From Elusimicrobiota bacterium (GTDB taxonomy: Bacteria; CAYTYR01; UBA6262): a stretch of 64,000 bases of DNA. Shown in pieces: positions 10,347-19,747 of the stretch (positions within the stretch are counted from its first letter, which is position 1; every line of letters begins with the position of its first letter). The position numbers and the translations under genes were made by a program. Location: the NCBI GenBank assembly GCA_003153935.1, contig PMCA01000027.1, positions 9,405 to 73,404 of the forward strand, given 5' to 3'. The notes beneath the pieces were generated by a model. It was not told the DNA's origin. It made no database searches and was given only the letters and a program-made list of their open reading frames with translations.

Positions 10347-11126
10347 TTAAGCGGCCGCTTTACCGGTCATAAAGAAATCCTGGCAGTTCAGCGGATAGCC
10401 CAACAGGTAATTAAAATATTTTTCCAGATACTTCTTAATAGCCACCCGGGAATCCGGAATGATGTCCAACCCCGTGATTCCGGACAGATCGCAATTTTGT
10501 AAACGGATCAGAGAACGAAAATCCGGCCCCATCATCTTATCCACTTCTCCGGACCTAGACAGGCAATCCGGGCAGACCAGGCCGCCGTTGAGTAAGCTAA
10601 GATAAACCGCCTCATCCGGATGTCCGGCCTGGCTATGGCAAAACACGCAATCCTGCAGTGCCAGGCGGTAACCGCTCATATCCAGTACCTGCACGGCGAA
10701 CCAATCCCAGAGCAGCAGGTAATTATCGCGGGTCTTGAGCTCTCCTGTTTCCATCAAGCTGAAACACTTGCCCAGTAAGTTGAAGATATCTTCATTGGCC
10801 TGGTTATATTCGCTAAGCTGGTCCACCAACTCTAACAGGTAAGACGCCATGCTATATTTGAAAAAACTTTCCCGCAGGGAATAAAAAGGATGCAAAACCT
10901 GGCAACCGGTTACTTTAGCCAGGTCGCGGTCCGTCTTGTTGAACAGCATCACCTGGTTATGGGTGAACATCTCCAAGCTGGCGCCGTACCTGGTTTTGAC
11001 TTTGCGCAAACCCTTGGCGACCGCCTGCATTTTGCCGTGTTCACGGGTAAACAGCGTGATCAGCTTGTCGGCTTCGCGCAAATTCTTGGTTTTCAGCACT
11101 ATGGCTTCGGTCCGGGTAAATCCCAT
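10347..11126 (-). CDS. recO: DNA repair protein RecO
   Basis: 259 aa; N-terminal OB-fold region (EAIVLKTKNLREADKLITLFTREHGK) and a C-terminal Cys-rich zinc motif (CVFC...CPDC). The recO-glyQ-glyS order is a conserved linkage. Confidence 0.8.
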   Translation of the reverse strand: MGFTRTEAIVLKTKNLREADKLITLFTREHGKMQAVAKGLRKVKTRYGASLEMFTHNQVMLFNKTDRDLAKVTGCQVLHPFYSLRESFFKYSMASYLLELVDQLSEYNQANEDIFNLLGKCFSLMETGELKTRDNYLLLWDWFAVQVLDMSGYRLALQDCVFCHSQAGHPDEAVYLSLLNGGLVCPDCLSRSGEVDKMMGPDFRSLIRLQNCDLSGITGLDIIPDSRVAIKKYLEKYFNYLLGYPLNCQDFFMTGKAAA

Positions 11127-11142
11127 ATTCGCTCCAAAGAAT

Positions 11143-11223
11143 AGTTTTAAGTTTAAAGTGATAAGTTTTAAGTTATGGTATTTCGCATTAATTTATCACT
11201 TAACACTTACAACTTAACACTGT
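11143..11223. repeat. Heptamer-array palindromic intergenic element, copy 1
   Basis: Five direct heptamers AGTTTTA/AGTTTAA/AGTGATA/AGTTTTA/AGTTATG, an AT-rich spacer (tatttcgcattaatttat), then four inverted heptamers CACTTAA/CACTTAC/AACTTAA/CACTGTA. It abuts the recO RBS. Confidence 0.6.
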
Positions 11224-11239
11224 ATTATCTTTCATGCAA

Positions 11240-12502
11240 TCAGCCGGTAAAAGTAACGATCACCAGTATCACCGATAACAATATCAGTGCCGCCGTGGTC
11301 ACCCAGGCGATAAAATTATATACCGGTCCGTTCGTGTACAAGCCCATGACCCGGCGGTCGTTGATCAGCAGCATCATGAAGATCAGGATCACCGGCAGCA
11401 AGATCCCGTTAATGGCCTGCGACATGATCATGATCGTGATCAGTGGTGCTTTCGGCCATAATATGAAGGCGGCGCCGGCTACGATCATCATCGTATAAAT
11501 GGAAATGAATTCAGGTGCCTGCTTGAAATTACGATCCACGCCTTTTTCCCAGCCGAACGCCTCGCAAACGGCATAAGCCGTGGACAAGGGTATGATGCAG
11601 GCCGAGAACAAGCCGGCGATGAACAGGCCAAGCGCAAACAGGACGGAAGCATACTTACCGGCCAGTGGCGCTAGCGCTACCGCCGCGTCCGCCGCGTTCT
11701 CGATCGGTATATGGTGGACGAACAAAGTGCCGGCGCAGGCGATGATGATAAAAAAAGCGACGATATCGGTGACCAGAGTGCCGAAAATAATATCCACTTT
11801 TTCATAAAAATAGTCTTTCACTTTAAGCTTCTTATCCACTACCGCGGCCTGCTGGTAGAATTGCATCCAGGGAGCGATGGTCGTGCCGATCACAGCGATG
11901 GCCAGGATAATGAAATTCTTGTCCAGCTGTATCGTAGGCACCGTCATGCTCTTGAGCGCCAGTCCCCAATGCGGCTTGGCCATAAATCCGGAGATAACAT
12001 AAGTAATATACATTCCGCAAGCAACGAGAAATATCTTCTCCACCGTCTTATAGGTGCCTTTCAGGATCAGGTACCAGACCACGAAAGCCGCTACGGGTAC
12101 GGAGATATAGCGGCTGATGCCGAAGATCTCCAGACTGGCCGCCACCCCGGCGAAATCGCCAACGGTATTGGCCAGGTTGGCGATAACCAGGATGATCATG
12201 GCAAAAAAAGTGATCCGGAAGCCAAAAGCACCGCGGATCAAAGCCGCCAGGCCTTTCTTGGTAACGATACCCATGCGCGCGCACATCTCCTGTACCAGGT
12301 ACAGGCAAACCGCGATCAAAGGCAGCAGCCACAGCATGGCATAGCCATAATGGGCGCCACAGACCGAATAAGTGGTAATGCCGTTAGCGTCATTATCCAC
12401 GCTGGCGGTAATGATCCCCGGACCCATCACGGCCAGGAAAATAGCCATCTTGGTCTTAAAATTTAACCATCTGTTGGGTTGGCCGGCAGTCTGCTGTTCC
12501 AC
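11240..12502 (-). CDS. mntH: NRAMP-family divalent metal (Mn2+/Fe2+) transporter
   Basis: 420 aa polytopic membrane protein; N-terminal MGPGIITASVDNDANGITTYS matches the Nramp DPGN-like signature region. Confidence 0.8.
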   Translation of the reverse strand: MEQQTAGQPNRWLNFKTKMAIFLAVMGPGIITASVDNDANGITTYSVCGAHYGYAMLWLLPLIAVCLYLVQEMCARMGIVTKKGLAALIRGAFGFRITFFAMIILVIANLANTVGDFAGVAASLEIFGISRYISVPVAAFVVWYLILKGTYKTVEKIFLVACGMYITYVISGFMAKPHWGLALKSMTVPTIQLDKNFIILAIAVIGTTIAPWMQFYQQAAVVDKKLKVKDYFYEKVDIIFGTLVTDIVAFFIIIACAGTLFVHHIPIENAADAAVALAPLAGKYASVLFALGLFIAGLFSACIIPLSTAYAVCEAFGWEKGVDRNFKQAPEFISIYTMMIVAGAAFILWPKAPLITIMIMSQAINGILLPVILIFMMLLINDRRVMGLYTNGPVYNFIAWVTTAALILLSVILVIVTFTG

Positions 12503-12517
12503 TATGATCCCTTGGCG

Positions 12518-13120
12518 TTAAAGATTATATAGATTCTTGACCAGTTTTTTGGAAATATCCAGTTTCAGGTAACGCATGCGTTTATCGTATTGCTTGACAT
12601 GGTCCCACATGATAATGTTCTCTACGATCTTCTTGCGGAATAAATTAACCAGTTTGAAGATCTCGCGTTCCGGCCCCAGGCGCAACAGCATGCTGTTGAT
12701 ATCCGCCTGGATACCGATGATCCGCAGCTTGCCTTTTTGGATGCGCAGCACCACGTCATTAACCCGGAAAAGATGTTTGCCGTAGCGGTCGACGATCTCT
12801 TCATCCATGATATCACGGTAAACAAAAAGCTCGTTATGCTCCACCGTGCCCGGGACGATTTCTTCCATAAAAACGCTCAGGTAGATGGCTTTCTTGGAAA
12901 GACAGGCCACGTCCTCCCACGGTATGACCAGCAGCTCCCGGTTCTTGAACGGGTTCAGGCCCCGCCGCCGGCTAGCCACGATCACGACCAGGTTCTTGAT
13001 CGGAGGAAACTCCTCTCCCATCAGGATAGTCAGGTCCTTGATCTTACCCACCGCAATATTGCCGGCGCTGATCACCGGCTTGCCGACAAAATCTTTATAA
13101 AAGCTATAGGGATTTTTCAC
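12518..13120 (-). CDS. PRC-barrel domain protein (hypothetical)
   Basis: 200 aa; N-terminal FVGKPVISAGNIAVGKIKDLTI fits the PRC-barrel G-x-x-V-x-x-x-G-x-x-hGkV-D motif; a second similar segment lies in the C-terminal half. Function unknown. Confidence 0.4.
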   Translation of the reverse strand: MKNPYSFYKDFVGKPVISAGNIAVGKIKDLTILMGEEFPPIKNLVVIVASRRRGLNPFKNRELLVIPWEDVACLSKKAIYLSVFMEEIVPGTVEHNELFVYRDIMDEEIVDRYGKHLFRVNDVVLRIQKGKLRIIGIQADINSMLLRLGPEREIFKLVNLFRKKIVENIIMWDHVKQYDKRMRYLKLDISKKLVKNLYNL

Positions 13121-14367
13121 TGTTCCTTCCGTATGGTCAATTTGATGATCCGCCGGCGGTTGGCCTCCACGATGACGAATTTCAGGTCCTTGTACTTTAT
13201 CTCCTCATCCTTGCGCGGCACCCGGCCCAGCAGGTCCACGACAAATCCGCTGACTGTGTTAAAATCCTCGCTCGGCAGGTTTATTTTCAATTTTTCATTG
13301 AGTTCATAAATATTCATTTTGCCATCTATTTGCATGGATCCGTCACTGAGTGGTTCCACGCCTAGGTCCTCCAGTTCGTATTCCTCCAGAATATCACCGA
13401 CGATCTGTTCCACCAGGTCTTCAACGGTCACCAGGCCGCTGGGTACGCCGTATTCGTCCACGGCAATGGCCAGGTGCAGGCGGCCCTTTTGCATCTGGCG
13501 CAGCAGCTTGTTCACTTTTTTCGTCTCCGGTACGAAATAGACCGGCCGCAGCAGGTCCTGTATAATGATCAGCTCATTGCAGCGCCAGGCGCCCAGCAGG
13601 TCCTTGACATGGATAACGCCGATAATATTGTCCAGCGTTTCTTTATAGATAGGCACCCGGGAATAGCCGGTTTCCACCACCGCGTCGATAAATTTTTCCT
13701 TGTCCAGGTTGATATCCACGCATTCCATGTCGATGCGCGGGATCATGATCGTCTTTACGACCTTATCGCCGAATTCCAGCACGCTGTGGATCATTTCCTT
13801 CTGTTCTTTTTCCAGTACGCCCTCGCGTACGCCCTCCGAAACCAGAAAGCGAATCTCCTCATCTTTGTCTAAGGGCTCGTCCTGCTTGATATTGCCGCCC
13901 AGAAATTTAACGATGGGATTGGTGATAAATATCATGGCTTTGATCAACGGGGACAGCAGGTAATGAACTATCAACAACAGGTCAATGGTCCAGGTGCTCA
14001 CCGCCTCCGGAGAATGCTTGGCCACAGTCTTGGGAATTATTTCCCCCAGGATGAGAATGATAAAAGTTATAAATACCGTAGAGATAACCGCCGCCCAACC
14101 CTCGGTCATATGATGGTTATTGGCAAAATCTACCGCCACGTAAGTAGCCAGCGCCGCGGCGGAAAGATTGACGATGGTATTGCCCACCAGTACCGCCGCC
14201 AGAAGTTTATTGGGATGATCGGCCCACATCTGCAGCGATTTCAATTTCTTTTCTTCTATTAACGACTTTATCGCAAACCGGTCCAGACTGGTCAAAGCCG
14301 TTTCCGTAGCAGCGAAAAAGAAACTGGCCAGGATAAGGATCGCTAAGACGATTAAGCTAATAAACAT
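13117..14367 (-). CDS. corC: HlyC/CorC-family transporter (CNNM/DUF21 TM domain, CBS pair and CorC_HlyC C-terminal domain)
   Basis: 416 aa; N-terminal DUF21 with FFFAATETALTSL; two CBS-like segments; C-terminal transporter-associated domain. Confidence 0.8.
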   Translation of the reverse strand: MFISLIVLAILILASFFFAATETALTSLDRFAIKSLIEEKKLKSLQMWADHPNKLLAAVLVGNTIVNLSAAALATYVAVDFANNHHMTEGWAAVISTVFITFIILILGEIIPKTVAKHSPEAVSTWTIDLLLIVHYLLSPLIKAMIFITNPIVKFLGGNIKQDEPLDKDEEIRFLVSEGVREGVLEKEQKEMIHSVLEFGDKVVKTIMIPRIDMECVDINLDKEKFIDAVVETGYSRVPIYKETLDNIIGVIHVKDLLGAWRCNELIIIQDLLRPVYFVPETKKVNKLLRQMQKGRLHLAIAVDEYGVPSGLVTVEDLVEQIVGDILEEYELEDLGVEPLSDGSMQIDGKMNIYELNEKLKINLPSEDFNTVSGFVVDLLGRVPRKDEEIKYKDLKFVIVEANRRRIIKLTIRKEQ

Positions 14368-14381
14368 AATACCCCTTAAAG

Positions 14382-14407
14382 ATAATTATGAATAACTCAA
14401 AACTTTT
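14382..14407. repeat. Degenerate 2-unit remnant of the heptamer element
   Basis: Minus strand reads AGTTTTGAGTTATTCA, identical to the first two units of copy 2 (AGTTTTGAGTTATA...), directly upstream of the corC RBS. Confidence 0.35.
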
Positions 14408-14409
14408 AT

Positions 14410-15117
14410 TCAAAGCGGGCTCATCATCCGGAAAATGAACAAGGTTACGACCATGCCGATGATCGCGCCTCCGGCCACTTCCCACCAGGTGTGGATCCTG
14501 GCCCGTACCCGGCTGTGCGCCACCATGAAAGCCAGGATGAACACGAACAAGGCGATAAAACTGTTCTGGGTCATTAACGACACTGCCGTGCAAACGCCGA
14601 AGGCAAAAGCGCTATGGCCGCTGGGCATACCGCCCCAGAGCGGCCGGCCCTTGCCGAAATAGGCTTTGGCGATGATCACGGTTATAAAAATGATCACCAG
14701 GCAGGTGATCATGATGTATTCCGGTACCGCCTTGATCCTTAAAATGACCGGTATCATGTTCGTGCCCAAATAGCGCTTGCCGAAGATCAGATAGGACACG
14801 ACGATGGCGTTGGCCGAGGCGAAGAACACGGCACCGGCGGCGATATCCTTGGCCAGACGGGCCGCCGGGTGATAAGTATCGGTGACCAGATTAACCAGGG
14901 CTTCGATGGCCGTGTTGAACATTTCCGCCAGCAAGACCAGCATGATGGTGATCGCCAGCATGACCCACTCGATCCGGTCCAAGCGCACAAATAAACTGAA
15001 AAAGAAGACAAAAGCCGCCAGCCCCAAGTGGATGCGCATATTGCGCTGGGTTTTGGCCACATAGATTATGCCTTCGATAGCAGCGTTGAAACTTTCCATG
15101 ACATTGCGTGATTTCAT
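14410..15117 (-). CDS. dgkA: Fusion protein: DgkA-family lipid kinase (diacylglycerol/undecaprenol kinase) N-terminal domain plus PAP2-superfamily phosphatase C-terminal domain
   Basis: Residues 1-~120 carry the DgkA motif EMFNTAIEALVN. Residues ~125-235 carry PAP2 motifs KAYFGKGRP (KX6RP), PSGHS and SRVRARIH (SRX5H). Confidence 0.75.
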   Translation of the reverse strand: MKSRNVMESFNAAIEGIIYVAKTQRNMRIHLGLAAFVFFFSLFVRLDRIEWVMLAITIMLVLLAEMFNTAIEALVNLVTDTYHPAARLAKDIAAGAVFFASANAIVVSYLIFGKRYLGTNMIPVILRIKAVPEYIMITCLVIIFITVIIAKAYFGKGRPLWGGMPSGHSAFAFGVCTAVSLMTQNSFIALFVFILAFMVAHSRVRARIHTWWEVAGGAIIGMVVTLFIFRMMSPL

Positions 15118-15530
15118 TTATTCCCCAATACGGCTTTAAGTACTTTTTTTTCTTCCGCGCGCATTTTCTTTCTGGCCGCCGCTTTCAGGTCGTCGTAACC
15201 CAACAGGTGCAGTATCCCGTGGGTAGTTAAGAGAGCGATCTCTTCCCGGTAGGAATGCCCGTATTCCCGGGCCTGGCGTCTGGCGGTGCCGGTGCAGACA
15301 AAAACATCACCCAGTGCCACCACCGGCAAGTCGCTCTCCCGCTCGACCGGACTGGCGATAACATCAGTGGCGTAATCCCGTTTAAAGAACTGCCGGTTGA
15401 GCCGGATCATCTCCCGCTCACCGACGAAATAAAGACCCAGCTGGTATTCTTTGCTACGCGGCAGATAATGTCCGATGATATGCGCGGCTATTTTTCTGAC
15501 CAGCGGATAAGGAACCGTCGTTCTTTTCAC
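15114..15530 (-). CDS. ybeY: Endoribonuclease YbeY (rRNA maturation factor)
   Basis: 138 aa with the H-x-x-x-H-L-x-G-Y-D-D zinc motif (THGILHLLGYDD). Confidence 0.88.
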   Translation of the reverse strand: MKRTTVPYPLVRKIAAHIIGHYLPRSKEYQLGLYFVGEREMIRLNRQFFKRDYATDVIASPVERESDLPVVALGDVFVCTGTARRQAREYGHSYREEIALLTTHGILHLLGYDDLKAAARKKMRAEEKKVLKAVLGNK

Positions 15531-17002
15531 TTGGTTTCACGGCCTTCAGTGGGATATTCGACCCGGCTGTGGAACATGCCGCTGAGTATATGAGAAAATT
15601 GCTCGCCGATAATATGCAGGTCTTTCAGGCTGAGATCGCATTCTTCCAGCTGGCCGTCAACGAACTTGTTATTGATAATGCGGGTCACCAGCTCCTGCAC
15701 ATGCGCGTAACTGGGATCTTCCAGGGTGCGCGAAGCCGCTTCCACCGCGTCCGCCAGCAGGATGATAGCCGCTTCCCGGCTCTGCGGCTTGGGACCCGGA
15801 TAACGGAATTGCTCTTTGGTGGCTTCCGTATCCTCCTCCAGCGCCCGCTGATAGAAAAAATATACCAGGCTGGTGCCGTGATGCTGCTCGATGATATCGA
15901 TGATCTCCTGGCTTATCTTGTATTGCGCGGCCAGTTCCACCCCTTCTTTGACGTGGGAAAGCACGATCAGGCTGCTCATGCTGGGAGATAGGTCATCATG
16001 ACGGTTGTAGCTGTCCTGGTTCTCAATATAATATTCCGGCTTGGCCAACTTGCCGATATCGTGGTAGTAGCCCCCGACCCGGGCCAGAAGGGAATTGGAA
16101 CCGATAGCCGCCGCGGCGCTCTGGGCCAGGTTGCCCACCAGCAAGCAGTGGTGATAGGTCCCCGGGGCCTCAACCATCAGGCGTTTCAACAAGGGCTGGT
16201 TCAAGTCGGACAGTTCCAGTAATTTAATATTGGAGGAAATGCCGAACATATGTTCGAAATACGGCAGGAAACCGATGCTCAGGATACCGCATAAAAAGCC
16301 GTTGGCGATACCCCAGAGGCAATTATAGGCGATGACCTCCATCCTGGTAATCTGCAGTAAGGCCGAGAAACAGATTATACCGACGGCGTTGGCCACGCTG
16401 ATCAATAGTCCCGAGCGGATCAGGTCCGAGCGCTGTTGCACGCTGGAGGCGCTGAAAATACCCACCAGGCCGCCGATCAATTGGACGGTAAAAAGGTTAA
16501 GATCGTTATGATAGATGACACCGATCATGATGTCCAGCACCACCGTCATCAGTATGGCCAGGTCGATATCCACCAGGATGGTCATCAGGATCGAAACCAT
16601 GCCCAGCGGTATCAGGTAACCGCTTAAATGCATCTCCTGAAAGATCTTGGCCAGGGCGATGATCAGGATGCTGACCGATTCCAGGATGATCAGGTCGTTA
16701 TTGGATTCAAAAATATGGCGGGCGTAGCGGTATAAGTAAGCTCCCAGCAGGATAATGAAGCCCAGGCTGATCACTATATATCCGGAAACAAGACGCAGGG
16801 TGATGATCTCGAAACTGGACATGATGATCAGGACCGCCAGGAAAGTGAACAGCACGAACAGCCAGCGCGGCGCCGCCAGGGAAGACTGAAAAATACTCTT
16901 ACCCTCCCCGGTCAGATGCCTCTGCCGGTGTTCGTAGCGCCGGCTTATTTTCAACATCAGTACCAACATTTTCCTTATGGATCTCTGCAAGCGGGCTATC
17001 AT
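15527..17002 (-). CDS. pgpH: 7TM receptor with intracellular HD hydrolase domain (PgpH-type c-di-AMP phosphodiesterase family)
   Basis: 491 aa; N-terminal multi-TM region; C-terminal HD domain with HHCLLVGNLA and YYHDIGK. Confidence 0.8.
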   Translation of the reverse strand: MIARLQRSIRKMLVLMLKISRRYEHRQRHLTGEGKSIFQSSLAAPRWLFVLFTFLAVLIIMSSFEIITLRLVSGYIVISLGFIILLGAYLYRYARHIFESNNDLIILESVSILIIALAKIFQEMHLSGYLIPLGMVSILMTILVDIDLAILMTVVLDIMIGVIYHNDLNLFTVQLIGGLVGIFSASSVQQRSDLIRSGLLISVANAVGIICFSALLQITRMEVIAYNCLWGIANGFLCGILSIGFLPYFEHMFGISSNIKLLELSDLNQPLLKRLMVEAPGTYHHCLLVGNLAQSAAAAIGSNSLLARVGGYYHDIGKLAKPEYYIENQDSYNRHDDLSPSMSSLIVLSHVKEGVELAAQYKISQEIIDIIEQHHGTSLVYFFYQRALEEDTEATKEQFRYPGPKPQSREAAIILLADAVEAASRTLEDPSYAHVQELVTRIINNKFVDGQLEECDLSLKDLHIIGEQFSHILSGMFHSRVEYPTEGRETK

Positions 17003-17988
17003 TTGGCCCCCTTAAATCCCGAGCCTTCGTATTCTTCATAAGCTTTTATGATCTTCTTGACCAGCTGGTGGCGCACCACGTCGCGGCCAGTGAAGTAAAT
17101 GAATTTAATACCGCTGATGCCTTTGAGAATATGGCTGATCTGCACCAAGCCGCTCATCTTCTTATTCTGCAGGTCTATCTGGGTAACGTCGCCGACAATG
17201 ACCGTGGTTGTTTCAAAACCTAACCGGGTCAGGAACATCTTCATCTGCTCCGGGTTGGTATTCTGGGCTTCATCCAGTACGATAAAAGCGTCATTCAGTG
17301 TGCGCCCGCGCATATAAGCCAGCGGCACGATCTCGATCACGCCCTCGTCCCGCAGGTGATGGAACTCCTCCGCGCCCATGATCTCATAAAAGGCGTCATA
17401 CAGGGGCCTCAGATAAGGGTCCACTTTTTCGTACAGGTCCCCCGGCAGGAATCCAAGCTTCTCCCCGGCCTCCACCACCGGCCGGGTCAAAACAATGCGG
17501 TTGGCCTCCTGAGCGCGTAAAGCGGCGACCGCCATGGCTACGGCCAGGTAAGTCTTGCCGGTGCCGGCCGGGCCGATACCGAATACCAGGTCGTATTTTT
17601 TCATGGCCTTGATATATTTTTTCTGGGTCTGGCTGCGGGCGGTGATCTTCTTGCCCTTGATCGTATAGCAGACCGCTTCCTTATCAACTTCACCGGCTTC
17701 GCCCGGCTTGGCTTCCACTGCCGCGGCCTGGTAGAGCGGATTTTGCAGCATACCGCGGACGCCCTTGCGGTCGACCCGGTAGCCGCGGCGGATCTGATCG
17801 GTCAATTCCTGGATCATCCGATAGGCCTGGCTGACCTTGGCTTTGTTGCCCTTGATCATCAGGGTATTGCCGTAAGTGACCAGGTTAACGTCGAACTCGT
17901 TCTCGACCATGCGCAGGTTCTCGTCATGCGGACCGAAAACGTTCAGCATTTCCTCATTATCCTGTAAATATATCGTTTTAGTAACCAT
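16999..17988 (-). CDS. phoH: PhoH-like ATPase
   Basis: 329 aa; Walker A GPAGTGKTYLAVAMAV; the phoH-pgpH-ybeY-dgkA order is a widely conserved operon. Confidence 0.88.
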   Translation of the reverse strand: MVTKTIYLQDNEEMLNVFGPHDENLRMVENEFDVNLVTYGNTLMIKGNKAKVSQAYRMIQELTDQIRRGYRVDRKGVRGMLQNPLYQAAAVEAKPGEAGEVDKEAVCYTIKGKKITARSQTQKKYIKAMKKYDLVFGIGPAGTGKTYLAVAMAVAALRAQEANRIVLTRPVVEAGEKLGFLPGDLYEKVDPYLRPLYDAFYEIMGAEEFHHLRDEGVIEIVPLAYMRGRTLNDAFIVLDEAQNTNPEQMKMFLTRLGFETTTVIVGDVTQIDLQNKKMSGLVQISHILKGISGIKFIYFTGRDVVRHQLVKKIIKAYEEYEGSGFKGAK

Positions 17989-17989
17989 A

Positions 17990-19747
17990 TTACCTCAGTT
18001 TGATATGCAGCTCGCGCAGTTGTTTCTCGCCCACCTGTCCGGGGGCGTCGGTCATCAGGTCCACCGCTTTTTGCGTTTTCGGGAAGGCGATCACTTCCCT
18101 GATAGAATCCTCGCCCAGCATGATGGTAGTCAGGCGGTCCAGCCCCGGAGCGATCCCGCCGTGGGGCGGCGCGCCGTATTCAAAAGCTTCCAGCAGGAAG
18201 CCGAACTTCTCCTTGGCCTCTTCCGGACCGATACCCAGGGTGGAGAAAATCTTCTCCTGTATCTCCTTGCGGTGGATACGGATACTGCCCGAGGCGATCT
18301 CGGTTCCGTTCAGGACCAGGTCATAGGACTGGGAACGCATCTGGCCGGGATCGGTATCAAAATATTCCACATCGTCGTAATTCGGCGCGGTAAACGGATG
18401 GTGCTCGCTTTCCCAGCGTTTCTCTTCCGCGTTATACTGGAAGAGCGGGAAATCCACCACCCAGGAAAAATTGAATTCTTTTTTATTGATCAGGTTGAGT
18501 TTGTCTCCCAGGTAGGAACGTAAACGACCCAGGCTCTCGGCCACCACTTTGGGCGCGTCAGCGATGATCAGGATCATGTCGCCGTCTTTGGCTCCCATCA
18601 GCTCTTTGATGCTGTTCAGGACTTCCGCCTTAAAGAATTTCGCGATTGGTGATTCTATCGTCCCGTTATTTATCTTGAACCAGGCCAGACCTTTGGCGCC
18701 GAATTCATTGGCTAATTTAGTCAGGTCGTCGATCTCCTTGCGCGAATAGCCGGCGATACCGGGCACACAGATGGCTTTGACCACGCCCTGGTTCTTTATT
18801 ATCTCGGCAAACACTTTAAAATCCGCCGTAGCCACCAAGCTGGAAATATCCTTAAACTCCAGTCCGAACCGCAGATCGGGCTTGTCACTGCCGTATTTAT
18901 CTTTGGCTTCTTTATAGGTCAGACGCGGGAACGGGGTCTTTAGATCGATGGACAGTGTTTTCTTGAACACTTCTGTCATCAGGCCTTCGCACAAGGCGAA
19001 GATATCTTCCTGATCAACGAAAGACATCTCCATGTCTATCTGCGTGTGCTCCGGCTGGCGATCCGCCCGCAGGTCCTCGTCGCGGAAACATTTGGCGATC
19101 TGAAAATATTTCTCCATCCCCGCCACCATCAATAATTGCTTGAATAATTGCGGTGACTGGGGCAAGGCGAAGAAATTACCCGGGTGCACCCGTGACGGCA
19201 CCAGGTAGTCGCGGGCCCCTTCCGGCGTGGATTTAGTCAGGATCGGCGTTTCGACTTCGATAAAACCCTGGCCGTCCAGGTAATCCCGGATCACTTTTAC
19301 CGTGCGGTAGCGGAACATTATATTCTTTTTCATCCGCGGGCGGCGCAGGTCCAGGTAGCGGTATTTCAGGCGCACCTCCTCGCTGATCTCCGTCTCATCA
19401 GCTATTTCGAAAGGCAAGGTCTTGGCCGGGTTCAGCACTTCCAGCCCGGAGGCGGCCACTTCGATCTCGCCGGTAGGCAATTTAGGGTTTTCCGTGCCGG
19501 CCGGGCGCTGGCCCACTTTACCGGATATATTGACCACGAATTCACTGCGCAGTTTTTCCGCTTCCTGGAAAATATCCGCGCTCATCTGCTGGGGATTGAA
19601 AACTATCTGGGTCAAACCCTCCCGGTCACGCAGGTCAAAAAAGATCAACCCTCCATGATCGCGCCGGCTGTGTATCCAGCCGACCAGTTTTACTTCCTTA
19701 TTCACATCCGTCTTACGCAATTGTCCGCAATTATGAGTCCTGATCAC
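17990..19747 (-). CDS. aspS: Aspartate--tRNA ligase
   Basis: 585 aa; N-terminal OB fold (VKLVGWIHSRRDHGGLIFFDLRD); class II motifs (FRDEDLRADRQPEHTQID...). Confidence 0.92.
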   Translation of the reverse strand: MIRTHNCGQLRKTDVNKEVKLVGWIHSRRDHGGLIFFDLRDREGLTQIVFNPQQMSADIFQEAEKLRSEFVVNISGKVGQRPAGTENPKLPTGEIEVAASGLEVLNPAKTLPFEIADETEISEEVRLKYRYLDLRRPRMKKNIMFRYRTVKVIRDYLDGQGFIEVETPILTKSTPEGARDYLVPSRVHPGNFFALPQSPQLFKQLLMVAGMEKYFQIAKCFRDEDLRADRQPEHTQIDMEMSFVDQEDIFALCEGLMTEVFKKTLSIDLKTPFPRLTYKEAKDKYGSDKPDLRFGLEFKDISSLVATADFKVFAEIIKNQGVVKAICVPGIAGYSRKEIDDLTKLANEFGAKGLAWFKINNGTIESPIAKFFKAEVLNSIKELMGAKDGDMILIIADAPKVVAESLGRLRSYLGDKLNLINKKEFNFSWVVDFPLFQYNAEEKRWESEHHPFTAPNYDDVEYFDTDPGQMRSQSYDLVLNGTEIASGSIRIHRKEIQEKIFSTLGIGPEEAKEKFGFLLEAFEYGAPPHGGIAPGLDRLTTIMLGEDSIREVIAFPKTQKAVDLMTDAPGQVGEKQLRELHIKLR

